Part shown: positions 11,255 to 23,130 of the stretch, in pieces
Layout of the letters: each line of letters begins with the position of its first letter
How positions within the stretch are numbered: the first letter of the stretch is position 1
Assembly: GCF_001194135.2 (NCBI RefSeq)
Contig: NC_069000.1
Span: 6,932,899-6,996,898 of the forward strand
From: Octopus bimaculoides
Lineage: Eukaryota
Reading direction: 5' to 3'
DNA length: 64,000 nt
Position numbers and translations under genes: made by a program
Notes under the pieces: model-generated
What the model saw: only the letters and a program-made list of their open reading frames with translations
Database searches by the model: none
What the model was told of the DNA's origin: nothing

Positions 11255-13860
11255 CGTTGGGTATATAAAACAAGTGATGAAATACGAAATGAAATTATAA
11301 ACAAATGAAATGATGCAATGGCTTACGAGCTCCCCAAAGCTCGCAGTTCCATTTTACAGTTCTAATTATACATGTTTGTATCAGTCTATGTTCGGTAAGT
11401 TAATCCATTCCGATAACATTAGGTATATTGTCGTATTGGACAAATGAGACCCAGATGGTCTCGTACTGTTTCCAAATAATCCTGTAAGCTTCTCCATTCT
11501 CTCCTTCTCCAATAACACCGCTCTTTCATTTGACTCAAACATGTCGTGGTCCAATCTAATTCTTACCAAGTTTTTCACTTTAGTTATTTTCTTCTCTATT
11601 TCCACGTCCTTGTCGTAAAACACCAACGTTCTTAAATTCCGTCCAGCCGGCTGACCTGTTTGAGATACATATTCTCATTGCCCTCTTACTCTCTCCTTCC
11701 ACTCCTCAATTTTCGCCTCTTTAGCTATTTGCTCTTGTCTTTCTCTTTTCCTACTTGTTGGCTCTGGTTCTTGGGTTCGGTTTTGCATATTTTCTTTTTC
11801 CTCTACTGCTTTTTTTCTTTTTCTCTTTCACCGCCTTTCTTTTCTTTGGACTTTTTGGTGGCGACTCTACTCTCATTCTTTTCCTATCTGTTTCCTCTTC
11901 CTCCTTCTGTCCATCCTCCACTACTTCTTCCATCACCACTGCTTCTTCCACCTCTATCTGCACTTGTTTATGGGGACACCTTGTTTGCATGTCCCCCCAC
12001 TACCTCTGCAGTTATAAGATACTAGCAGAGATACCCGGCGTTGCCCGTGTTACATGCACTGGAAGAATTAGACTTTTCTGTTATATTTTCTCTAATGAAC
12101 TGGAATACCTATGATTCGAATTTCATTAAAATTGCAGATGAGGGTTCTTTCCCTCTTTACACACCATAGAAAAATTCTAATCATGACACATGTATCCCAT
12201 ACTACTGATCTTTATGCGCAGATTCCAAAATTCCAGTCTTATGGAACCTGTTAAAAGGATTTTGCTCCTGAAAGATGGAAGTCATGGAGCTCTAAAATGT
12301 GGGAGTTAAGGCCCCTATTGGGGGTGGGTGTCTTAATGTCAACCAGAAAAGTTGAATTGTTGAGAATCTTTTTGACTTGAGTATTATATCTATTGTTCAA
12401 ATTTCTTTGAAATAGGAAATATATGTATGTCCACTGGGTTTGTAAAAGAGACCAAAGCTACAGGAAACCAAAAGATGAATGATCACAATAAGCAGTCAGA
12501 GTAAATTTACAATCTATAAATGTCTTTGAATAACCAGTCACTCATCTGGGAAGGTCTTGAAAGCAATGTTACCACCTGGGGACTATGTGTGACCCAGTGA
12601 TAATAAAAAGACTCAAAGGAGGTCTGCAAGGAAATAACTTTACTCAACACTTCGCAACTGAATCTGTGGAGGCCTCTCATTTACTTGACAATTTATGAAC
12701 CACATTGCAGAAATCACAATGTAAGTATATCTCAAAGCAAACTCTTACACTGTCGTACCATTGAATTACAAATAACGCTCATCTTTTGTGCTCAGGTGAC
12801 CCTACAGCTTCCAAGAGTACAACTGTATTTGTCTTTGCTTAGATAAAATGACTAAATTGTGGGTGTTAAGTCCCCATGAAGAGGTCTTTCTAACTTCTAT
12901 GAAGATGAAATTTTAGAAATATAACTTCATTTGTGTCTAATATGTATAGTTAAAATTTCATCAACAGCAAAAATATATGAATTTTCATGGGGGTTCTGCC
13001 CCCTTTAAGCCATCTCAAATTCAAACCAAACATACTGCATTATACCTGCCCTTATGCATTGAATCTAAGTTCCAAATATCATAAAGATCCATTTAGTAAT
13101 TTTAGTTCATGAAATTGTATGAAACACACAGCATTACCCTTCTCCCTAGGCTTTGATTTTGTGTTCAAAATCCAAGACAGACATTCTCATTTTTATATAT
13201 ATAGATTGGTGGTCTCCCCTCCATCATGGCTCTCAGTCGGGTCTCATCGGGGAGCACCAACTCTTCCACAATCTTATGTAGGTCTGGCAGAGTTATGTGG
13301 ATCATAACTTCCAAGCCGTAACACCATCAGTTGATTTCTCTCGATTTTTCTGCTTTTAACACCTCCACTTTGTCCTCGCAGTTATACAGGATGGCTCCCA
13401 CCAGCCATGTCTCCTCTATCTCCAGGGGCACTCTCCCTATCCTCACTCTTGTGGCATGTCTCCTGCAATAGGTCGGCAAGAGTGCCCACATTGCTGTTCT
13501 CAAAGGCACAGTAGAGTGCCATTTTGCTTCCTCCTCGCTCACCTCCACTGTGCCGTACTTCCTTTCTCTTGCATAAAAGGTGGTCCCTTCCTTGACCTCT
13601 TGTAGACACTATTCTATTGCTTCTATTTCAGCCACTTTGACTCTCTTGGTCTCCACATTTAGCATTCTATACACAATTTTCTTCCTTTCGGCTCATTGTA
13701 CTGCATCAATTGGCGGTGTCAATCAAATGCAATCTCCCACCTTCAACAGCTCATTGAATTTTAAAAAATTCTTCTCATCTATTTGTATTTCTTTCAATTG
13801 CAGCATAGCTACCCGTTTTCATCCCCAACAATGGGTAAGAAACAAATTCAACAACAGTCT
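11255..13860 (-). mobile_element. ORF1-only retroposon relic (HAL1-like), copy 2, split by a Helitron
   Basis: ATG at 13806. MLQLKE...LTPP...RKYGTV...ALLPTYC...RVRIGRVPLEIEETWLVGAILYN...LPDETRLRAMMEGRPP aligns colinearly with copy 1. It resumes at 12021 with the rest of the knuckle, the basic tract and a VQYDNIPNVI motif (copy 1: VQYDELPPVI). Confidence 0.72.
12022..13205 (-). mobile_element. Non-autonomous Helitron (1184 bp)
   Basis: The minus strand reads host A|TCTATATATAT...cacgggcaacgccgggtatctctgCTAG|T host: 5' TC, GC-rich subterminal hairpin-like motif, 3' CTAG, AT insertion site, no TSD. Removing it restores the host frame (GRPP-I-S-Y-N-C). Confidence 0.88.
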
Positions 13861-13986
13861 CTTTTCCGTAAAAAGTGTCTTCGGCGATCTTTACCAAAGA
13901 TTGGCCTTTTCCGTNNNNNNNNNNACTTTTTACGGAAAAGGCCGATCTTTGGTAAAGATCACCGAAGACACTTTTTACAGAAAAAG
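13861..13986. repeat. ~55 bp inverted-repeat arms built from a ~45 bp tandem unit, around a 10-N gap
   Basis: cttttccgtaaaaagtgtcttcggcgatctttaccaaagattggccttttccgt versus the reverse complement of 13932-13986; about 3 substitutions. Confidence 0.75.
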
Positions 13987-14471
13987 CCGATATTTGGTAC
14001 TGGTATCGAAAGATCGTCTATCACAAAGGTGTGTCAAATAAAGAAATAATTTTAGTTTCATTAAGTTAAAATTTAAGCATTTTTTCAATAAAAGAAAAAA
14101 ATTTATCACAGAAGAAAAAAAAATCACCAATAAATAACTAATTTCTTTTAATGTGGGTCGTCTTTCTGGTTTCAAATAGTCTGGGTAGGACATGGTGCAA
14201 CTCCTGAGAAAACTATAAAATAACTTTTTTTCATGTTTTCAAACAGGAAAATAAATATATTTCTTTACAGAAATTAAACTTTAGAAATTGCGGTCATTTT
14301 CGATTTATGCCTATATAACTTTGTCATTCTCTCAATTCATAGAAAATAAATGCAGAATTATTTTAAAACACTTCCAATTCCGGCTAATAAAAATTATTTC
14401 TGAGGAAAAAGAAAATGAGGAATCAATGTGAAATATCAGTCATGTGTTTTTTATTTAACCCCAGGACCTTT

Positions 14472-15173
14472 CCAATCATGATTATCTCTGCTTTATAGAG
14501 ATAACGTAAGATCACACTATCGAAGGTTTTTTTTATTTTTATGATAGCGTGCAATTTGAAAGATTTGGCTGCTGTTTCTAGCTGGCCGAGTGAGTTAGTA
14601 GAAAGCCTCCTGTTGAGCTGCACGAAATTTGGCTGTTGTTTCTTGTAGTCAAAACCAGCACACAGAAGTCCACCTGTTGAATGCCTCGAAATGTAGCCAC
14701 CTGTTGGATTAGTCGAAATTTAGCTGCTATTTCTAGCTAGTCGAGTCACCACGAAAGAGTTTCCGCCTTGGCTGTTATTTTCCTATTGGTCGAATGACGA
14801 CCGAAGCGATTTTTAGTNNNNNNNNNNCCAATCATGATTATCTCTGCTTTATAGAGATAACGTAAGATCACACTATCGAAGGTTTTTTTTATTTTTATGA
14901 TAGCGTGCAATTTGAAAGATTTGGCTGCTGTTTCTAGCTGGCCGAGTGAGTTAGTAGAAAGCCTCCTGTTGAGCTGCACGAAATTTGGCTGTTGTTTCTT
15001 GTAGTCAAAACCAGCACACAGAAGTCCACCTGTTGAATGCCTCGAAATGTAGCCACCTGTTGGATTAGTCGAAATTTAGCTGCTATTTCTAGCTAGTCGA
15101 GTCACCACGAAAGAGTTTCCGCCTTGGCTGTTATTTTCCTATTGGTCGAATGACGACCGAAGCGATTTTTAGT
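14472..15173. repeat. 346 bp direct duplication across a 10-N gap (probable assembly overlap)
   Basis: 14472-14817 and 14828-15173 read identically by eye, separated by N 14818-14827. Confidence 0.85.
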
Positions 15174-15814
15174 GGTTGGAAAAAAAAAACGTCTGTCGTT
15201 TTTGACTTCGTAGGTTTACAAAACAAAATTAACGAAGCATCGAACAGGCCAATGAGGTTGGAGTGGTCAAGCTCCGTCTGAAGGATTCTGGGTAAAAAAA
15301 ACAACAACTCCTCCACGATAGACGGAAGTCTCTCTCTCACCAAACCAGAACATTATTTTAAATTGGTTGATTATGCAAGTTGGTTTTACCTGTTACAGCT
15401 ACTGAAATCATTTTTTTTCTTTTCTCAATGTAAGTTCCCTCTTCATTTACTTTAATTACACTAACTTACTTGTCTTCTAAGCCATTCCCTACTTTTAACC
15501 CGTAAGGATTCCCTCCCTGACCCCTTATAAAAGCAGAAGTACTAAGACGAAACCCCATCCAATGTAGCAATGTTTCCTCTCTGACTCATTTAACGTTTAA
15601 AATTACTAGTCGTTTCAATTTTAACTACCTGTGTGTAGGTGTCTTTTACTTAAAAGGGCACAATATGAATCAAATGTCTATTTCCCTCAAACACCTTGCA
15701 TGGTTTAAATAAGAAATAATTTGCAAAATATTAATATTACTTGCATGTTGTTGGTGGTGTGTGTTTAGTGGTTGGGACGGAAACTTGTTCAGAATTTTTT
15801 GGGACATATCATTA

Positions 15815-15997
15815 TTACTCTTTTACTTATTTCAGTCATTTGACTGCGGCAATGTTGGAGCACCACCTTTAGACGAGCAAATCGACCCCAGGACGTATTC
15901 TTTGTAAGCCTAGTACTTATTGTATCGGTCTGCTAAGTTATGAGGACGTAAACACACCAGTATCGGTTGTCAAGCGATGTTGGCGGGACAAACACAA

Positions 15998-16065
<68 letters not shown>

Positions 16066-16200
16066 GACGGGCTTCTTTCAGTTTCTGTCTACCAAATCTA
16101 CTCAAGGCTTTGGTCGGCCCGAGGCTATAATAGAAGACACTTGCCCAAGGTGCCACAAAGTGGGACTCAACCCATACCATGTGGTTGGTAAGCAAGCTAC
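15815..16200 (-). mobile_element. Near-complete tRNA/CORE-type SINE (family B, tail 1) with internal (TA)n(TG)n
   Basis: Minus strand: ...accacatggtatgggttgagtcccactttgtggcaccttgggcaagtgtcttc...(ta)n(tg)n...tgacaaccgatactggtgtgtttacgtcc...gcagtcaaatgactgaaataagtaaaagag. Other copies or halves: 19100-19345, 20170-20380, 27545-27730, 28595-28730, 40225-40520, 44040-44275, 48410-48630, 48965-49115, 50570-50700, 54655-54795, 59545-59720, 60085-60235, 63600-63672. Confidence 0.85.
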
Positions 16201-18164
16201 AAACAAAAAAATTATCATTATTACTAATAGTTTTTTGAAAAAACTTCTGTAAAAGTTTTCAATTATTTTTCATCAAATTTATAGTCATCTTTATATGTAC
16301 CGGATATATTTGTCTCTTGATACAATAGACACATATGTATGTATATGTGTGTGTGAGTGTGTATATATATGTGTACACACACACACAATCTACATATGTG
16401 TACACATTAGTGTGTGCGCCTGTCTGTGTCTCCTAACTTATCTACTAAGTCCTTGTAAGTCTTTTCGTTTTTATTTTTTCTATTTACATTAACCACCTGT
16501 CCCCATGTGTGACAATGTTCCCTTTCTCAGTTGTTATTAATTTCTGGATTATTCCTCATCTAAGTGCAAGAATAATTATCAATTAATAATGCTAATTAAC
16601 ACTCCTACGTACATAAACTGTTTAGGAACCAGCCCGCGTCGCAGTTTTATTCTCAAGCTACCATGGGATTTTCCCTCCTTTTGCTCTGGCTGATGAGGTC
16701 CTCATTGTTACACTTTGTTCTCCCCTACAGAGAGATATAAAACCTTATCTGCAGAAGTTACCAAGAGAAGTGAGATGGTTCTTTAGTTGTTGAGCTAGTT
16801 AGATAGAAAAAAACAAAACAAAAACCAAAAAAACCTATTAAGTCTCTCTCAAGCCATACTATGTCACCTACCATAATTAAAAGACACTTTGAAAAATGTC
16901 TCCCAGATTCGGGATGGTCGTAGCTTACTTGCGTTTAATCATGTCGACTTGAACAGGACCAAACCTGGGACTAAACAACTTAATATTATGTCCGGGACCT
17001 TTTGTCTTTATATGAATCAATCAATAATTGGTTACTAGGTTTATTGTGTTGTGTTGGACATAGAAACAGATATAAATATATGTACGACGAAACGATTGTC
17101 CAGGTCAACGAGGGGAGCAGCTGTGTTGCTCGGTTTGCTAAAAATAGCAGCTAAATACCCCTCAACCACACCCTATCTGTTTTGAAAAATACAAAACAGA
17201 AAAAACATAGTACACTGGCGTGTACAGTATACATTGGAAACATGATTGGATGGCCACGGCTGGAATGCAATTTAATAATAGACCTACTTAGTCCAAACTG
17301 ACTGAGGTTAAACGATAAGTTGTTATACCCAGATATTATTTTAGTGTTTTATTTCTCGTCGTCTTTTGCTTTAAATATGTTAGTAATTAGGACATCTCTT
17401 AGGAATCCAGTTCATTTATAAAGTTGTTACTAATTAATACATACGCATTCAGTAAAAAGTGTGTAAGCGTATGGACGTATGTGGTATGTAGCCAGACAAG
17501 TAGGACTTTAAAAACAATTGAATTTATTGTTGTTGCTGTTGTTTTGCAGTCGTCGAGTAAGCGGAACCTACACAATCTGACTGGTTTCGTGGTGGTGGGG
17601 GCTGTAATGATTAAGGGCGCCGATCCTTCCGTCACACATACACACATATACTCATACATGTGTGTGTGCGCGCACAATATGTATACATATTTGAACGTAC
17701 AAACAAACTGCTAATTTAAATACTTAAACTGTGACTAACATTATCTCCAAATACTTTTTTGTTCAATTAATTTCTTTTTTAAGACGCAGAAAGAATCTTA
17801 ATTTTATTTGGCAATTTCTACAATTATTATTATTGCATTGTTTTGGGCAAGACTCCCGCCCGTCCAGTCCCCCAAACCACCCATATTTGAGCAAGACTTC
17901 CGCCCCCCCCATAACCACCCTTNNNNNNNNNNNNNNNNNNNNNNNNNNNNNNNNNNNNNNNNNNNNNNNNNNNNNNNNNNNNNNNNNNNNNNNNNNNNNN
18001 NNNNNNNNNNNNNNNNNNNNNNNNNNNNNNNNNNNNNNNNNNNNNNNNNNNNNNNNNNNNNNNNNNNNNNNNNNNNNNNNNNNNNNNNNNNNNNNNNNNN
18101 TTTTTTTTTTCCGACACAATCCCCCACCCCACCTTTTCGATTACGGGGAATACGAATCTGCAAA

Positions 18165-18420
18165 AAAATTGGCAAAAATCGACATTTCTAAATTACCCCC
18201 ACCCCCAACGCCACTTCCTCCATTTTTAACTTTTTTTCAAAATTTTTTTTTCAAAATATACAGAAAAATACGGAGATTATGATTCTGAAAAAAAATTTCA
18301 AATTTCAAAACATTTCTGTACTTACGGTTAGGGTTAGGGAAAAAAGTCAAAATTAAAGAAGTTGGGGAGGGGGTGGAGAAGGGTGAGGGGAATTTCACAT
18401 TGCCGATTTTTGGCAATTTT
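18165..18420. repeat. Imperfect palindrome / foldback-MITE-like element
   Basis: aaaattggcaaaaatcgaca (18165-18184) versus the reverse complement of 18401-18420 is 18/20. A second arm pair lies at about 18196-18237 / 18339-18376, with GGTTAGGGTTAGGG at 18326-18339. Confidence 0.55.
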
Positions 18421-18593
18421 CCCGAACATCATGTGAAAGGTAATTGTAGGGAATTTCTTAAATACCCGTTTTTTTTTAAAATTACAAAGTCGATCGGGGC
18501 AGGAGTGCACTTGTGTACGTGGGTTGAAGTATCTAAACGGTTGTTTGGCCGACTAGAAATAACAGTTAAATACCCTCAAATAACATACTACTG

Positions 18594-18739
18594 CAGTGGT
18601 TCTCAACCTTTTAATATCCGGGCCTGATCCCAAACTTTTTTTAGGGGGCTGTACCAAAAAAAAAAGTAAAACACAGGGAAGAGAGTCGGGGGTCGCCGCA
18701 AGGGTGCTTGAGGGCCACATGCAGCGGTCGGAAGCACTG
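18594..18739. mobile_element. Short hAT-type MITE
   Basis: Ends cagtggttctcaacc...ggtcggaagcactg; 8-bp flanks tactactg/ctctaatg match only 5/8. Confidence 0.5.
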
Positions 18740-20491
18740 CTCTAATGTCTTTAAAAGGAAGTAAGCCACATTAGGATAATAATTGTCATGGGTGCATTCT
18801 TTGTTTGAAAGTTACATGTGATTGGCATGTTAACCTGGTGTTAAACAAACCTCATGAAGCATACCAACAAAGCCAGTTGATAACCACTTGTTGGGTGTGG
18901 AGAGAGAGGGAGAGGGAGACGATGGTCTCTTTGTGATTGTTGATATTCGGTTTAAAGTAAGTAAACACGGACATGAGTAAGAGGGGAAGAGGTTCCAGTG
19001 GGCGAGAAATTATGGGGAAGCAGGAAGAATATACATGCAGACATAAACATACGTACATAAGTCACACATTTATTAGTCGAATGAATCTATCCCAGGACCT
19101 ATTTTTTAAGCCTGGTGTTTATTCTATCGGTCTATTTTGCCGAACCGCTAGATTACGGGGACATAAACACACCAACACCAGTTGTCAAGCGGTGGTGGTG
19201 GAGGAGGGGGGGGTACAAAAGACGCACATATCTATATACGACGAGCTTCTTTCAGTTTCCGTCTATCAAATTCACTCACAAGGCTTTGATTGGCCCAAGG
19301 CTTATAGTAGAAGACGCTTGCCCAAGGTAGGACTTAACCCGGAACCATACTCAGTGTTACAAACAAAGTGGTTGAATGGGAAGATTATGACATCTTAACT
19401 TTTATTTATTCACCGACGGACCTACCATTGCACNNNNNNNNNNNNNNNNNNNNNNNNNNNNNNNNNNNNNNNNNNNNNNNNNNNNNNNNNNNNNNNNNNN
19501 NNNNNNNNNNNNNNNNNNNNNNNNNNNNNNNNNNNNNNNNNNNNNNNNNNNNNNNNNNNNNNNNNNNNNNNNNNNNNNNNNNNNNNNNNNNNNNNNNNNN
19601 NNNNNNNNNNNNNNNNNNNNNNNNNNNNNNNNNNNNNNNNNNNNNNNNNNNNNNNNNNNNNNNNNNNNNNNNNNNNNNNNNNNNNNNNNNNNNNNNNNNN
19701 NNNNNNNNNNNNNNNNNNNNNNNNNNNNNNNNNNNNNNNNNNNNNNNNNNNNNNNNNNNNNCTGCCTCCTCTCCAAATTAATTATATACTTCGCTACAGT
19801 TTAACCCAAGATAGCGAAGCTATTAAAAAGTTTCTCTTCCGAGTAAAACAGCTTGAACTTTCTTAATTACCTCTTAATAATTAGGACTTGATGAGCTGAT
19901 ACTTTATAATTATACACATTTCACCGAAGTTTTCATTTTTAAATAATTATGTATTTGTTAGCTTTTCATTTTATATTTTAATGCAACTCTGTTTATTACA
20001 ATATCTCCTCAGATGGAAGTTAGTTTTGTCTCAAATTACATTTCTTCGTGTAAAATTAAAATCCAATGTCACATAAACATTTAAAAAGCTGTCTGAGGAA
20101 TTTAATCATTCTATTTACGTATGTGTATACAGAAATAGGGTTTAAGTCGAACACAGTCCAGTATTTATTTTTTTAAGCCTGGTATTTTTTCTCTCGATTT
20201 CTTTTGCTGAACTGCTAAGTTACGGCGACGTACATACACGCGTCACGAGCCTTTTTCCAGTTCCGTCTACAAAATCCACTCATGAGGCTTCAGTCGACCC
20301 AGAGCTGTCAGAGACAGTAGCTCATGGTGCTGTGCAGTGGGAATGAACCTGAGACCACATGGTTGAGAAGCAAGCCTGTGTGTGATTGCATATGTTACAA
20401 ATCTTATGATTGTCTTGGTCATCATCGCTTTAAATAGACATTTCACTTCATAACCGAAGCCACTCCTCTTCGGTGAAAGTTTTTATATATA

Positions 20492-20522
<31 letters not shown>

Positions 20523-21714
20523 AATAATAATAATTAGCAGAAATTACAAGGTGACTCAAGGGCTGTAAGTTTCATCATTGGCACTTAGCAAATAAATGCC
20601 ACTGTATAAAATTCTCGGTCCTTGAGTCACCTTGTGCCGATTAAATAGTATATCTGTGTGTGTGTTTGTTTTAATTTCTGTTTTCCTGTTTGTATTACCA
20701 AACATACACACGCACAAACCTGTATGTGTGTGTGCATATATTTCTGTGTAATGTATTTTTTCTTTCCTGTTTTTGCGCGAGATTTCCTGCTGTCCATAGT
20801 CGTTCATCCGCAGAGTTACAATGGCTCCTAATAATCTTTCGTCTTTTCATGAAGAAAATCTTATTTCAATTGCCTTTTCTTTACAAGCATAACTTGAAGA
20901 TATCCGGTGATTTTACACACAGGTAATTTGTAGAAGAAAATCAGTTTTACTTCATATATTTAAACGTGGCAACATAACAGGAAAAAAACTGTGTGTGTGT
21001 GTGTAATGAAAGTTTGATGTGGAATGTGTGTACCTGTCTTGAGAAAATTCTAAAAATTAGTACAATATAAAGTATAGGCACTTAATGTCTTTAAACACAC
21101 TGTAATTATTAATGGGACTGTATATTGAGGTTATATATATATATCGGCATGCACAGTTGTTAAATGTACAAAGGAAAAGAAAAAGCACCCTATATGTCAT
21201 GCTGAAATGTATATCTGTGTAGTATTGTCATTTTAGTGGAGCCTCGTGGCTTAGTGGTAAGAATGTTGGACTCCTGATTGTAAGATTGTGATTTCAATTC
21301 CTGAACCTGATGATGCGGTGTTTCCTTTTGCAACACGTTTCATTTCACATTGCTCCAGTTCACTCAGCGTGCAAAAGTAATCCTGCAACACACCCAGGAG
21401 GGGAATATATACCCCACAGGATCTGGGGGAAACTGGCTCTATAAGTCTCATATGACTTGGCAAGGAGATTGTATTTTTAGCAGGCAATGACACACCTTAC
21501 TCAGAATTTCCTATAATTGCAAAACAATTGTCCAGGTTTCTGTGATGAAAAGACTTGCTATTATGAAACGATGAGTCATTGACTGATAAGACTACATACG
21601 CATTCATACACACACTCGTGGGTGGATGTGTGTATGTATATATTTTTGTATATGTGTATAATAGATGGAAGCAGTTGAAATGTGGTTTCTCCTAAGAATC
21701 TCTGGAATGATGTT

Positions 21715-22310
21715 GCTTAGTGTGTAACTTGGAGATCAGGGAGCCTCTCAGGTAGACTTACCACTTCTCCGCATTGAGAGTTCACACCTGTGTCTGTCTT
21801 TACGTTCCAAGTTCAAATTCCATTAATTTTTCATCTTGGTTCTTTGGATTTCTCCTTCGCACCATATCTCCAATAATCTCCCAAACGTTTTCTAGAGGGT
21901 TGAGATCAAGACTTTGAAGTGGCCAGTCCATGAGATCGACCCCTTCATCACCCAAAAAAATCTTTGACTCTCTTCGCAGTGTGACAGGGAGCATTGTCCT
22001 GCACAAAGATAGGAGGTTGAACTAATGAGCATCCGAGATGTGGAAAAGGCATTTTTGTAAGAATCTGCTTGTGGATTTCAGCATTGACAGTCCCTTGTAG
22101 GTGAATAAGTGGACCAGGACCAGCAGCAGAGATCACTCCCCATACCATTACACTGCCTCCTCCATATTTCACTGTCTTTTTCGCACATGCACGAGATAAC
22201 CTTTCACCACTTCGTTGGACGTACAACCCACCATTGGAACCAATTGCATTAATTAAATTTCAATTCATCACTAAAATGAACCTGCGACCAATGTTTTCAT
22301 GACGTTTGTG
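21715..22310 (-). mobile_element. Tc1-family (DD34E) transposase pseudogene fragment
   Basis: FSDE...TVKYGGGSVMVWG...QDNAPCH...WPLQSLDLNPLENVW. After correcting one frameshift in a T-run there are 34 residues between the second D and E; a C-terminal CxxVVSLPER remnant follows. Confidence 0.92.
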
Positions 22311-22949
22311 ACCTGTTAAATCCTTTTAAATTGTCCCACCTATACCAGAATGGAAGCAGGGCCGTTAACTGATGATCACATACATCACATGTAATTAATC
22401 ACTGTAATATAAAAGATACCAAAAAACCAAGAAACTCTATGTAATTAATTTGCTAAAAATAACAACCAAATCTCCCTCAAATGTGTCAACAAAGGAGCTT
22501 CTATTTTACTGTTTCTCAACAAGGGTCCATAGGATTCCTAGGGGGTTCATATAAGATTTGACAGGGTCCACAAAAGAACAATAGTAGATTGGTGATCCAT
22601 GGTAGTATTTTTAGGGTCCGTAAAAAAAGTTTTGCTTTTATCCCTCTCTCTTCCTCCTAATTAAGTTCTTCCGTTTTTTAATTAGCTTTTACTTTCTTTT
22701 CCAAAATGACTTAATAAATATTTCAAGCTGGCTTTAAAATGGCTTGTTGTTTTGGAAAGTCACAGGAGTGTCTCATCTAAGAACCTAGACAACAGAATAA
22801 AACATGACCTACATTTCATCAGAAACTAGACTCGTCTTTTGAATTTCATTACCTTTCAGGTATGTGACACTGATTTTGTGTTGATTAACTGGCAGAAAAC
22901 ACAGGCTGTGCTGTTGATTAGTCACGTGGAACAGTGTTAAAATGATGTA

Positions 22950-23130
22950 ATTCTTACATAGGAATGGAGACAGTTGCATCAACAGGTGCTGATCTCCAAT
23001 TGTGGAGGGAACATGTGGAAGGGGCAGACTCAGATGTAGGACAAAGTGGTGAGAAAGGATCTTCAGAGAGGGGATGACAAGGGACTGACCCCTAGCAGTT
23101 TGCTGTGTTAGAGAATACGTCGAGCATAGT
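22950..23130 (+). mobile_element. RTE ORF2 3' fragment
   Basis: gtggagggaacatgtggaaggggcagac...gtggtgagaaaggatctt matches 5185-5250. Confidence 0.6.

Noticed and set aside
14472-15173. Tandem 346 bp duplication with two identical ORFs (MQLNRRLSTN...)
   Set aside because: Identical copies abut a 10-N gap, the pattern of an unmerged contig overlap; the ORFs lie in decayed repeat sequence.
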